In this document: in pieces, positions 48,026-58,579 of the stretch
Layout: every line of letters starts with the position of its first letter
Numbering within the stretch: the first letter of the stretch is position 1
Assembly (NCBI GenBank): GCA_046758905.1
Contig: JBHIBC010000002.1
Span: 16,648-80,647, forward strand
DNA: 64,000 nucleotides
Source of the DNA: Acidobacteriota bacterium
GTDB taxonomy: Bacteria; Acidobacteriota; Polarisedimenticolia; Gp22-AA2
Reading direction: 5' to 3'
The notes under the pieces: model-generated
What the model was told of the DNA's origin: nothing
Databases searched by the model: none
Seen by the model: only the letters and a program-made list of their open reading frames with translations
Position numbers and translations under genes: made by a program

Positions 48026-48312
48026 CGCAGGCCGGTCCGGCCAGCCTGGCGGTCGCCGGACCGTGGCCCTGCGCTCTCGTTTTGTCCCGGCCCGGGGCCG
48101 CTCCTGCCGCCGGAGGGGGAGGTTCTTCGGGACCGGTTCCCGAAGGATCGCCGGCGGCAGCAGCGACCGCGGGCGCGGGAGCGTCGGATAGGGCCCTCCG
48201 GGACCCGGCGGCGCCGGGGACGGACCGGGGAGGACGGCCGCTCCTGCGGCCCGGCGCACGCCACCGAAGGTGGTTGACGCAGCGGCGCGGCAGTCGTAAG
48301 AGGTTGTCCGTG

Positions 48313-51300
48313 ATGCGCCACGACGCGCCGCCCCGGGCCCGCGCGCGCCCGGCCCTGCTGCTGCTAGCCGCGATCGCCGGAACCTCGCCCGCGACGGCAG
48401 CGGATGCGGGCCCCTTCCCGGAACTCATCGGTTACGTCTACGTCAACGAGGGGACCACCGATCGCTCCCGACTCGCCGCGCCGAACGTCGTCACGGGCCT
48501 CGCGGCGTTCTCGGACGGTTCGCTGGCGCTGCTTTCCGGCTCGCCCTGGCCGACCGGCGGGACGGGGCCCGAGGGGGCGGTCTTCCTGGGCTCCCCGCGG
48601 GCGGGGATCTGCGTCGCGCGGCGCCGTCTGTACGTCGTCAATCAGGGAAGCGACGACATCGCGGCCTTCACCATCGGGGAGCACGGCTCGCTGACGGCCG
48701 TCCCGGGATCTCCCTTCTTCTCGGGCGGATCGAGCCCCGAGGCGCTGGCGGTCACGCCGGACGGCCGGTTCCTGTACGTCGGTCACACGGGTAGCCGCGA
48801 CCTCGCCGTCCTGTCCGTGGCGCCCGACGGCGGGCTGATCCCCGCGTCGGCGCCGATCGACCTCGATTCGGCGGTCGACGGCCTGGCGGTGACCCCCGAC
48901 GGCCGCTTTCTGATCGCCACGCTGCCGCTTTTGGCGCGGATCGCCGTGCTGGCGATCGCCGACGACGGGAGCCTCGCGCACGTGCCCGGGTCGCCCTTCC
49001 GCGGCGACGGCGAGACCACCGACGGCGTGTCGCTCGGCGCGGGCGGCGCGGACCTCTTCGTGGCGGTCGCCGACCCGTCGCGGCTGCTCGTCAGCCGGTA
49101 CCGGCTGCGCCCCGACGGGGTCCTGATCCGGATCCCGGGATCGCCGTTCTCCGGCCCCGGCGGGACCGCGAACATCGTGCACACCGTCCCGGGTGACCGG
49201 TTCCTGACGGCGTCGCTGCCCGCCCAAAACGCCGTGGCGGTCTTCCTGGTCGATCCCTCCGGCGGCTTGGTGCCGGCGCCCGGTTCGCCCTTCCCGAACG
49301 GTCCGCTCGGCACGAGCCCGGCGGGCATGGCTTCGGACCCGCTCGGCCGTCTCCTTTACGTGGCCGACACCCTGAGCGGCACGGTCAGCTCCCTCCTGGT
49401 GCGCGAGGACGGCCGGCTCGATCTGGCGGGGGACAGCGTCCGCACCGGCGTCGACGGACTGCCTCTCGCGAGCATCGTCTTCCTGCCGGCCGGCGACCAG
49501 GACGGCGACTTGGTGCCGGCGTCCTCCGACAACTGCCCCGCGGTGGCCAACCCGTCCCAGATCGACCGCGACGGCGACGGGCTGGGCGATCCCTGCGACA
49601 ACTGCCCTGAGGTCGCGAACCGGGGGCAGCGGGACGCCGACCTCGACGGTGCCGGGGATCCCTGCGACCCGGACCGCGACGGAGACGGCGTGGACGACAG
49701 CGCGGATCCCTGTCCCGACGTCGCGGATCCCGAGGGGGGCGATACGGACGGCGACGGCGTGGGGGACGCCTGCGACAACTGCCCCGACGACCCGAACCCG
49801 GATCAGGGCGACGTCGACGCAGACCTCATCGGGGACGCCTGCGACCGGCCGGCCATCCGGATCGGCTGGCTCTACGTGCAGACCGAGTCGCCCGAGAACG
49901 CCATCGCCGCGTACGAGGTGGACCTCGAGGGCCGTCTGCGCCGCCTGAGCGGCTCGCCGTTCCCGACGGGCGGGCTGGGGCCTGAGGGCAGCGCGGTGGC
50001 CCTGTTCGCGCCGCCGCGGCTGGCGGCGGGCCGGTTCCTGCCGGCCAGGCTGTTCGCCGCGAACCAGGGGAGCGACGACGTCAGCGTGTTCCGGATCGAG
50101 CAGGACGGAACGCCCGTCCCGATCCAGGGGTCGCCGTTCGCGAGCGGGGGCCGGCTGCCGGCGGGCCTGGCCCTGCACCCGAGCGGGCTGTTCCTCGCCG
50201 TGGCCAACCTGGGATCGCCGAATGTCGCGCTGTTCAACGTGAAGCCGGACAACCTGCAGCTCAAGAAGATCGCCGGCACCCCGATCCCGGTTCCGGGGCG
50301 GGTGAACGGCCTGGCGTTTCATCCGCGCGGCCGATTCCTTGAGGTCGGCCTGCCCGATCTGGGACGGCTGCGGGCCATACGCTTCGAGTCGCCTTTCCCG
50401 TTCGTGCCCGGCTCGACGATCGTCGACCCCGCCGGAGCGCCCGCCGGCTTCGCGTTCAACGGCGCCGGGGACCGCCTGTTCCTGAGCAGCGCCACGAGCG
50501 GGACCGCCAAGGTCAGCGCGTTCGCGATCGACGTCGAGGGTGTCGCCGAGCCGCTGCCGCGCACCACGGCGACCGGCGGCGGCTCCAACTCCAACGCCGT
50601 CGCTTTGGGATCGGGCGAGAGGTTCCTGTACGTCTCCAATCAGGCGAGCAACACCATCGACGTCTTCGGGGTCGAGGCCTCGGGAAGCCTGGTCCCGCAC
50701 CCCGGGACGCCGTTCCCGAACGCCCGCTTCGGCAGGACCCCCGTGGGGCTGACGATCGATCCCCTAGGGCGGTTCCTGTTCGCGGCCAACACCGCGTCCA
50801 ACAGTGTCTCCTCGTTCCGCATCCGGCCGGACGGCGGGCTCGAGCCCCTAGGTGCGGCGGAGAAGACGGGGGCCGCCCTGGGGCGGCCGCTCGGGGGGAT
50901 CGTCTTCCTCGGCGCGGGTGACGAGGACGGGGACGGGGTCGAGTTCGCGCTCGACAACTGCCCGGGCGCGCACAACCCGGGCCAGGAGGATGCCGACGGC
51001 GACGCCGTGGGGGACGCGTGCGACCGCTGTCCGGATCTGTTCGACCCGGCCCAAGTCGACTCGGACGGAGACGGCGCGGGCAACGCCTGCGACCCCGACC
51101 CCGACGGCGACGGTCTCGAGGGCGGGGAGGACAACTGCCCCGCGGACAAAAACCCGGGCCAGGAGGAGCGTGACGGCGACGGGCTGGGGGACCTGTGCGA
51201 TCGGTGCCCGGACGATCCCGCAAACGACGGCGACGGCGACGGGTCCTGCGCCGGGATCGACAACTGTCCTTCCATCGCGAACCCGTTCCAGGAGGATCAG

Positions 51301-53988
51301 GACCGCGACGGCGTCGGCAACGCCTGTGACAACTGTCTCACCTTCTTCAATCCGGACCAGATCGATTCGGACGGGGACGGCACCGGGGACGCCTGCCAGA
51401 TCGGTTTCATGCGGAACGGCTTCCTTTTCGTGAACGGCCTGTCTCCGCTGAACCGGGTCGCAGCCTTCGAGACCAAGGAGGGCGGCGCCCTCCTTCCGCT
51501 CAGCGGCTCGCCCAGGCTGACGGGAGGCTCGGGGCGGCAGAACGATCCGCCGCCGTCGGCCGCCCCGGGGCTGGCGCTGTCGGGTGGGGCGCCGCTCCTG
51601 CTGGCCGTCAATCCCGACTCGGGCAGCGTCAGCACATTCGTCGTGGGCGGCGACGGGGCCCTCACCGCGGCGCCCGGCTCGCCGCACCCCGTGGCGCTCG
51701 TCGACCCCCTCGGCCTGGCGCTGGCCCCGGGCGGGGGGCGGTTGTTCGTGGCCGGGACGCGCGACGGCGGCGGGGCGATCGCGACCCTCGATGTCGCCCG
51801 CTCGGGACGCCTGAGGGCCGCGGGTGACCCGATCCCGATCGGAGGCGTCGCCGACGGGATGGCGATCGCTCCCGACGGGTCGCTCTTGGCCGTAGCGCTG
51901 CCGGATTCAGGGCGCGTCTCGGTCTTCTCGCTCGGCGCGGGGGACGCGGCACCGGCGCCGCTGAGCGGGTGGCCCGCCCGGCTGCCGGGCATCAACCGCC
52001 CGGGGCCGCTCGCGTTCGCCGCCGAGGCCGGGGCAGCCGGCGCCCCGGAGGGAGCCTGGGTCCTGGTGGGGGGCGAGGCACCGCCGGGGCGCGCGGTGCT
52101 GTGCGCGGTGGAGGTGCGCGACTCGGGGCCGGTGCCTCGCGGGCGGATCGATCTCGGCGCCGACGGCGGGACGCTGGCGATCGCCGTCGACGCTGCGCGT
52201 GACCGCTCCTTCGTCACCCTGCCCGCCGCCGGAGCGGTCGCCTGGGTGGAGGGCCTCCTCGCGGGCGTGCCGGTGAGCGTGCCGGGCTCCCCGTTCGCCG
52301 TCCCAGAGGCTCTGAGCGTGCCGGCGGGCCTGGTGCTCGGGTCGGACGGCGCCTCGGTGCACCTCGTCGGCCGCGGATCGAACTCGGTCGCGACGCTCGT
52401 GGAGGTGGAGGGAGCCGGACTGGCCGCGGGGCCGAACTCCCCCATCCCGACCGGCATCCAGGCGGCCAACCCCTCCGCCGGCGTGATCTTCCTGGAGTCG
52501 TCGGACGATGACGGGGACGGGCTCGAGCGACTGGAGGACAACTGCCCGGGGGTGGCCAATCCGGGACAGGAGGACTCGAACGGCGACGGCGCCGGAGACG
52601 CCTGCCAGCCGGTGGTCGCCATCGCCCGGGTGGTGTCCGCCGAGCGGGCCTCCCCAGCCGACGAGAGCGGGGCGGGCCGGGAGACGATCCCGGTGCTGGC
52701 GGCGGCGGTGTCGCTGTCCGACCCGGACGGGCAGACGCTGCACGGGCGCGTCGTCGTGTCGCGCCTCGAGATCGGATCCTTCACGCTCGAGGACGCGGCG
52801 CTGGAGGGGGAGGGAAGCGACGGGGTCGACTGTGGGCGGACGCTGCCGCTGGACGAAAGGGCCGGACCGGGGATCGCCTACCTGAACGCATCGGCGGGGC
52901 GGCCGCTGCTCGTCGACCAGGACTCGGTCCTGGCCTGCGACGACGGCCTGCAGGACTATGAGCTCGCGGCGGGCGGATGCGATGGCCAGGACCCGGTCTT
53001 CTTCCCGATCCTGGCGCTGTCCGGGCTCCCGCCGCCGGCGGAGATCTGCGCGCGCGAGCGCGACGGCGACGGGCGCCGCTTCGAAATCAGGGTCGAGGCC
53101 ATCCGCGCGGACAGCGCCGACATCGTCGCGGAGCGCGCCCTGGCGCGGACAGTCGTGCCGTACGGCGGATCCGTCCTGCCCGGCGCCATCTCCCTCGAGG
53201 CCCTAGGCGACGCTCCGGCCGGCCCCGCCGGCCTTCCCCACACCCTGACCGTCACGGCCGCCGACGGCGACACGCCCGAAGCCCGGGACAGCGCGGGCTT
53301 CGCCTGGCGCGGCGAGTCCCTGCTGGTGTTCGGATCGCCCCCGGTAGCGGTGGGCCCCGGAGATCTGCTGACGGAGTGCACGGGGCCGGAGGGCGCGACC
53401 CTGACGCTCGACGGCTCCGATTCCTTCGACCCCGACGGCGGCCCGCTCTCGCACCGCTGGCTCGAGGTGGTGGAGGAGGGCACGGAGCGATTCCTCGCCG
53501 AGGGCGAGCGCGTCCAGGTCTCCCTGTCGTTGGGCGCTCATCTTGTGGTGCACCTCGTGCAGGACTCGGACGGTCTGCTGGCCGAGCAGCGTTTCACCGT
53601 CACGGTCGCCGACCGGCTGCCTCCGGAGGCCACCGCCCGTGCCGTCCCGCCGGTGCTGTGGCCGCCCGACCACGCCCTAGTCCCGGTCCGCGTCGTGGTC
53701 GACGCCCGGGACGCCTGTTCCGGCACGGTGGAGATCCGGCTGCAGAGCGTGGCGAGCAGCGAGAGCGACGATGCTCCCGGGGCAGGGGACGGTCGGACCA
53801 GCGGCGACATCCGGGAGGCCGCTCTCGGGGAGGACGACCGCGATCTTCTGCTGCGCGCCGAGCGCTCCGCTCCGGGGCCGGGACGGACCTACCGCCTCGT
53901 CTACCGCGTCGCCGATCCCTCGGGCAACGCCGTGAGCGTCCGGATCGAGGTCGAGGTCCCCCTGTCCCGGCGCGAAGATGTCCCCTAG
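48313..53988 (+). CDS. giant secreted multi-propeller protein: repeated lactonase-type 7-bladed beta-propeller modules interleaved with thrombospondin type-3 (Ca-binding) repeat arrays
   Basis: ~1890 aa. Signal peptide (ALLLLAAIAGTSPATAADA). Recurrent propeller-like segments (FLYVGHTGSRDLAVLSV, LFVAVADPSRLLVSRY, LYVSNQASNTIDVF...). Three arrays of DxDxDGxGDxCDNCPxxxNPxQ TSP3 repeats. Confidence 0.85.
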   Translation: MRHDAPPRARARPALLLLAAIAGTSPATAADAGPFPELIGYVYVNEGTTDRSRLAAPNVVTGLAAFSDGSLALLSGSPWPTGGTGPEGAVFLGSPRAGICVARRRLYVVNQGSDDIAAFTIGEHGSLTAVPGSPFFSGGSSPEALAVTPDGRFLYVGHTGSRDLAVLSVAPDGGLIPASAPIDLDSAVDGLAVTPDGRFLIATLPLLARIAVLAIADDGSLAHVPGSPFRGDGETTDGVSLGAGGADLFVAVADPSRLLVSRYRLRPDGVLIRIPGSPFSGPGGTANIVHTVPGDRFLTASLPAQNAVAVFLVDPSGGLVPAPGSPFPNGPLGTSPAGMASDPLGRLLYVADTLSGTVSSLLVREDGRLDLAGDSVRTGVDGLPLASIVFLPAGDQDGDLVPASSDNCPAVANPSQIDRDGDGLGDPCDNCPEVANRGQRDADLDGAGDPCDPDRDGDGVDDSADPCPDVADPEGGDTDGDGVGDACDNCPDDPNPDQGDVDADLIGDACDRPAIRIGWLYVQTESPENAIAAYEVDLEGRLRRLSGSPFPTGGLGPEGSAVALFAPPRLAAGRFLPARLFAANQGSDDVSVFRIEQDGTPVPIQGSPFASGGRLPAGLALHPSGLFLAVANLGSPNVALFNVKPDNLQLKKIAGTPIPVPGRVNGLAFHPRGRFLEVGLPDLGRLRAIRFESPFPFVPGSTIVDPAGAPAGFAFNGAGDRLFLSSATSGTAKVSAFAIDVEGVAEPLPRTTATGGGSNSNAVALGSGERFLYVSNQASNTIDVFGVEASGSLVPHPGTPFPNARFGRTPVGLTIDPLGRFLFAANTASNSVSSFRIRPDGGLEPLGAAEKTGAALGRPLGGIVFLGAGDEDGDGVEFALDNCPGAHNPGQEDADGDAVGDACDRCPDLFDPAQVDSDGDGAGNACDPDPDGDGLEGGEDNCPADKNPGQEERDGDGLGDLCDRCPDDPANDGDGDGSCAGIDNCPSIANPFQEDQDRDGVGNACDNCLTFFNPDQIDSDGDGTGDACQIGFMRNGFLFVNGLSPLNRVAAFETKEGGALLPLSGSPRLTGGSGRQNDPPPSAAPGLALSGGAPLLLAVNPDSGSVSTFVVGGDGALTAAPGSPHPVALVDPLGLALAPGGGRLFVAGTRDGGGAIATLDVARSGRLRAAGDPIPIGGVADGMAIAPDGSLLAVALPDSGRVSVFSLGAGDAAPAPLSGWPARLPGINRPGPLAFAAEAGAAGAPEGAWVLVGGEAPPGRAVLCAVEVRDSGPVPRGRIDLGADGGTLAIAVDAARDRSFVTLPAAGAVAWVEGLLAGVPVSVPGSPFAVPEALSVPAGLVLGSDGASVHLVGRGSNSVATLVEVEGAGLAAGPNSPIPTGIQAANPSAGVIFLESSDDDGDGLERLEDNCPGVANPGQEDSNGDGAGDACQPVVAIARVVSAERASPADESGAGRETIPVLAAAVSLSDPDGQTLHGRVVVSRLEIGSFTLEDAALEGEGSDGVDCGRTLPLDERAGPGIAYLNASAGRPLLVDQDSVLACDDGLQDYELAAGGCDGQDPVFFPILALSGLPPPAEICARERDGDGRRFEIRVEAIRADSADIVAERALARTVVPYGGSVLPGAISLEALGDAPAGPAGLPHTLTVTAADGDTPEARDSAGFAWRGESLLVFGSPPVAVGPGDLLTECTGPEGATLTLDGSDSFDPDGGPLSHRWLEVVEEGTERFLAEGERVQVSLSLGAHLVVHLVQDSDGLLAEQRFTVTVADRLPPEATARAVPPVLWPPDHALVPVRVVVDARDACSGTVEIRLQSVASSESDDAPGAGDGRTSGDIREAALGEDDRDLLLRAERSAPGPGRTYRLVYRVADPSGNAVSVRIEVEVPLSRREDVP
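49510..49846 (+). repeat. TSP3-repeat array 1 (coding tandem repeats, gacaactgcccc... units)
   Basis: DNCPAVANPSQIDRDGDGLGDPCDNCPEVANRGQRDADLDGAGDPCDPDRDGDGVDD...DGDGVGDACDNCPDDPNPDQGDVDADLIGDACD. Confidence 0.8.
50918..51397 (+). repeat. TSP3-repeat array 2
   Basis: GDEDGDGVEFALDNCPGAHNPGQEDADGDAVGDACDRCPDLFDPAQVDSDGDGAGNACDPDPDGDGLEGGEDNCPADKNPGQEERDGDGLGDLCDRCPDD...DNCLTFFNPDQIDSDGDGTGDACQ. Confidence 0.8.
52501..52608 (+). repeat. TSP3-repeat array 3 (single unit)
   Basis: SDDDGDGLERLEDNCPGVANPGQEDSNGDGAGDACQ. Confidence 0.7.
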
Positions 53989-54062
53989 CCCATAAGCGAT
54001 CGCCCGGCCGGACCACGATCGCTCCCGTATAATAGGGTTCCCCACCCATCCAGGAGGAGGGC

Positions 54063-54380
54063 ATGTCCAAGATCCCCGGCTGGTACAAAGAACAACAACG
54101 GCGATATCCCCGGGTCCTCGAGGCCTACGAGAAGCTGGGCCGGGCCTGTCAGGACGCCGGGCCGCTCGACGCGAAGGCCCGGGCGCTCGTCAAGCTGGGC
54201 ATCGCCGTGGGCACGCGACACGAGGGGGCGGTGCACTCGCACACGAGGCGTTCGCTGGAGGCGGGCGCCTCGATCGAGGAATGCCGCCACGTCGCTCTCC
54301 TGGCGACCACGACGATCGGCTTTCCCGCCATGATGGCCGCGCTGTCGTGGATCGAGGACCTCGCCAAGGACCGGGGCTAG
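54063..54380 (+). CDS. carboxymuconolactone decarboxylase / AhpD-like family protein
   Basis: 105 aa. The ...SIEECRHVALLATTTIGFPAMMAAL CxxH core is typical of the AhpD/CMD fold. Confidence 0.85.
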   Translation: MSKIPGWYKEQQRRYPRVLEAYEKLGRACQDAGPLDAKARALVKLGIAVGTRHEGAVHSHTRRSLEAGASIEECRHVALLATTTIGFPAMMAALSWIEDLAKDRG

Positions 54381-54432
54381 GCGGTCCCGGATACGCTCGC
54401 CGCCTCGCCTCCGCGCCGCGGCGGACGGCGGC

Positions 54433-55473
54433 TCAGTAGCCTTCCTCCTCGAGGCTCACCTTCCCCGCGAAGCGGCGGTAGGCGAGCGCGAAGTATCCGG
54501 CGGCGAGGACGACGCCGGGGATCCACCACAGCAGGCCCGCGCGGAGCCCGTATGCGCCGGCCGCGGCGCCGCGTGCGGTCAGGCTGAGCCCGGGTCCCGT
54601 GCTGGCCGGGAGGACATACGGGTACAGGCCGAACGCCACGCTGGCCATCATGCCGGCGAGATACGAGCAGGAGGCGAGGAAGGCGCCGAGGTCGGCCCCG
54701 TCGCGCCCGAGCCACCGGATCGCCAGCAGTCCGCCGAGCGCCAGCGCGGGGAAGAGGTATCCCCAGGGCTGAGCGGCCAGCCGCGCCGGCACGTTCGCCT
54801 GGACGCGAAAGGTGACGGCGGTGACCGCCGCGGTCAGCACGGCCACGCCCCACCAGGCCCGCCGCGCGACGCGGCGCGCCCGCCGCCGCGTGGGCTCCCC
54901 GGTCTTCAGGGCCACCCACAGCGATCCGTGCACGGTCAGGGCCAGGATCGCCAGGAGCCCCACCAGGGCCGTGTACCAGTCTATGATCCCGGTCTCGCGA
55001 CCGAGGCGGAAGTCCGTCCACAGCGGCTCGAAGAAGTACCCGGACGCGTCGAGGGGGACGCCCCGGACCACGCAGCCGAGGGCCGTCCCGTAGAACAGCG
55101 CCAGCAGCAGGCTCGCGCCCGCGAAGACCACGTCCCAGAACGGCTTCCAGGCGGGGCTGTCGATGTGATTGCGGAACTCGACGGCGACCCCGCGCAGGAC
55201 GAGCAGCCAGAGGACGATCATGAGCGGCAGGTAAAAGCCGCTGAAGCTGCTGGCGTAGAGGGCGGGAAAGGCCAGGAAGAGGCTGCCCGCGGCGGCGAGA
55301 AGCCAGACTCCGTTGCCGTCCCAGACGGGGCCGATCGATCGCAGCACGGTGCGTCGCTCGCGGTCGGTCCGGGCCACCAGCAGGTGGACGATCCCGGCGC
55401 CCAGATCGAACCCGTCCAGGACGACGTAGACCGCAAGCATCAGGGCGATGAGGCAGAACCAGATGGTCTCCAT
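54433..55473 (-). CDS. cydB: cytochrome bd ubiquinol oxidase subunit II
   Basis: METIWFCLIALMLAVYVVLDGFDLGAGI is a canonical CydB N-terminus. Confidence 0.92.
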   Translation of the reverse strand: METIWFCLIALMLAVYVVLDGFDLGAGIVHLLVARTDRERRTVLRSIGPVWDGNGVWLLAAAGSLFLAFPALYASSFSGFYLPLMIVLWLLVLRGVAVEFRNHIDSPAWKPFWDVVFAGASLLLALFYGTALGCVVRGVPLDASGYFFEPLWTDFRLGRETGIIDWYTALVGLLAILALTVHGSLWVALKTGEPTRRRARRVARRAWWGVAVLTAAVTAVTFRVQANVPARLAAQPWGYLFPALALGGLLAIRWLGRDGADLGAFLASCSYLAGMMASVAFGLYPYVLPASTGPGLSLTARGAAAGAYGLRAGLLWWIPGVVLAAGYFALAYRRFAGKVSLEEEGY

Positions 55474-55482
55474 GCAGGACTC

Positions 55483-56835
<1,353 letters not shown>

Positions 56836-56905
56836 CTCGACCTCGAGCCCGGCGGGCGGTCGGCCCGCACCCGGAAGGCGGAGCGACGCCCGGACCGGGG
56901 ACCCT

Positions 56906-57271
56906 TCAGGGCCCGCTCTTCGCGTGCACCCACCTGCCGGGCGTTCCCTCCATGGCGGAGCCGCGCGGCGGCCGCCATAGGGCCAGCCTCTCGATCTCCC
57001 TCGCGAGCGCGAAGTCACGCTCCGTGATTCCCCCGGAGGCGTGAGTCTTCAGCTTGACCCAGACCTTCCCCCAGGTGACCTCCAGGTCGGGATGGTGCCA
57101 CGCCGCCTCGCTCAGGAAGGCGACGGCGTTCACCAGCATCAGGGTCGTCGGCCAGCCGTCGGTGCTGAACTTGCGTCGTATCCAGCCGTCCTCCAACTTC
57201 CAGCCCGGCAGCTCCTCCTCGAGCCGAGCGACCACCCTGTCGTCAGGAATCCTCGGCAGCCTTTCGGGCAT
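56906..57271 (-). CDS. 4a-hydroxytetrahydrobiopterin dehydratase (pterin-4a-carbinolamine dehydratase)
   Basis: RBS GGGAGGAG. LPGWKLEDGWIRRKFSTDGWPTTLMLVNAVAFLSEAAWHHPDLEVTWGKV is a PCD/DCoH signature. Confidence 0.85.
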   Translation of the reverse strand: MPERLPRIPDDRVVARLEEELPGWKLEDGWIRRKFSTDGWPTTLMLVNAVAFLSEAAWHHPDLEVTWGKVWVKLKTHASGGITERDFALAREIERLALWRPPRGSAMEGTPGRWVHAKSGP

Positions 57272-57475
57272 GATGACTCCTCCCTGTTCAAAACACCGGC
57301 TTCGTGTCCTGCCGTTAGAGATGCACGCGCCGCGCGCCCCCGCGGTCCCGGCGGTCGCTCGAGACGGCGAGAGGACGCCGGCGCCCATCCTACCCCAGGC
57401 GGCTGAGGGCCGTCATCGCCTCCGCCCCCGCTTGACAGCCCGACCGTTCCGGCCGACAGTGGCGCGGAGAGGAGG

Positions 57476-58519
57476 GTGGGCGCCGTGCCGACACAGCGTT
57501 GCTGGCGGATCGGGTTCGCGGGGTTCGGGAGCGTCAACCGGGCTCTGGCACGACTGCTCGTCGCGCGGCGCCGGGAGCTGGAGCGCAGGCACGGGATCTC
57601 GTTCCGCGTGACCCTGATCTCGAGCGCTCGGCGCGGGGCCCGGGTTGCGCCGGAGGGGATCGACCTGGAGGGAGCGCTCGGGGAAGGGTGGCGGGGCGTG
57701 GGCTCCGCTCTGGAGGCGATGGGCGGCGCGCCGATCGACATCCTGTTCGAGGGGACCCCTCTCGATCCGGTCCGTGGCGAGCCGGCCACATCGCACGCGC
57801 GCGAGGCGTTGCGGCGGGGCATCTCTGTGATCAGCGCCAACAAGGGGCCGGTCGCGTTCGCGGCCCGCGAGCTGATCCGGATCGCTCACGGCAGCGGGGC
57901 CGGTTTTCGGTTCGAGTCCGCCGTGGCCGACTGCATGCCGGTCTTCAGCCTGGTCGAGTCGGCCCTGCCGATCGGAAAGGTGACGCGCTTTAAGGGCATC
58001 CTGAACTCGACCAGCAACCTGGTCCTCCAGGCGGTGGCGCGCGGCGGGTCGGTCGAGGAGGCCGTCTCGGGGGCGCGCGCGGCCGGCGTCGCCGAGGCCG
58101 ACCCCGCGCACGACCTGGACGGTTGGGACCAGGCCGTGAAGGCCTCGATCCTCGCGGCGATCCTGCTGGGGCGCGAGGTCCGCCCGGCGCAGGTGGAGAG
58201 GACCGCGCTTTCGGGTCTCGACCCGGGCTGGATCCGTTCCGAGACGCGGGCCGGCCGGGTGGTCCGCCTCGCCGCCAGCGGCGGCGCCTCCGGGCCGATC
58301 CGCGTCGCTGCGCTGTGCCTGGATCCGCGATCCTTCCTCGGCGGCCTGAAGGCCGGCTCCCTCGGGCTCGTCCTCGAGACGGAGCTCGCCGGCACGATTC
58401 ACGTCGCGATCGCCGGATCGGGCGTGGAGCAGACCGCCTATGGCATGCTCGCCGACATGGTGGCGATCCACTACGGTCGGCTCGTGGTCCCGTCCGCCCT
58501 GGCGGAGCCCGAAGGGTAG
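57476..58519 (+). CDS. homoserine dehydrogenase family protein
   Basis: GTG start. N-terminal NAD-binding GFAGFGSVNRALARLL. ISVISANKG. Catalytic-domain FESAVADCMPVFS...KGILNSTSN. Confidence 0.75.
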   Translation: MGAVPTQRCWRIGFAGFGSVNRALARLLVARRRELERRHGISFRVTLISSARRGARVAPEGIDLEGALGEGWRGVGSALEAMGGAPIDILFEGTPLDPVRGEPATSHAREALRRGISVISANKGPVAFAARELIRIAHGSGAGFRFESAVADCMPVFSLVESALPIGKVTRFKGILNSTSNLVLQAVARGGSVEEAVSGARAAGVAEADPAHDLDGWDQAVKASILAAILLGREVRPAQVERTALSGLDPGWIRSETRAGRVVRLAASGGASGPIRVAALCLDPRSFLGGLKAGSLGLVLETELAGTIHVAIAGSGVEQTAYGMLADMVAIHYGRLVVPSALAEPEG

Positions 58520-58579
58520 GGGAGGCCTCCCGGACCGGCGGGCCGTCATCGCGCCTCCCCGGAGAAGAGAGCCGCTGCA

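Noticed and set aside
49500-52610. Near-identical short DNA repeats (gacaactgcccc..., ggggacgcctgcgac...) that could superficially suggest a CRISPR or VNTR array
   Set aside because: They are in-frame coding repeats of TSP3 calcium-binding motifs inside the giant gene. Unit spacing is irregular and there are no unique spacers.
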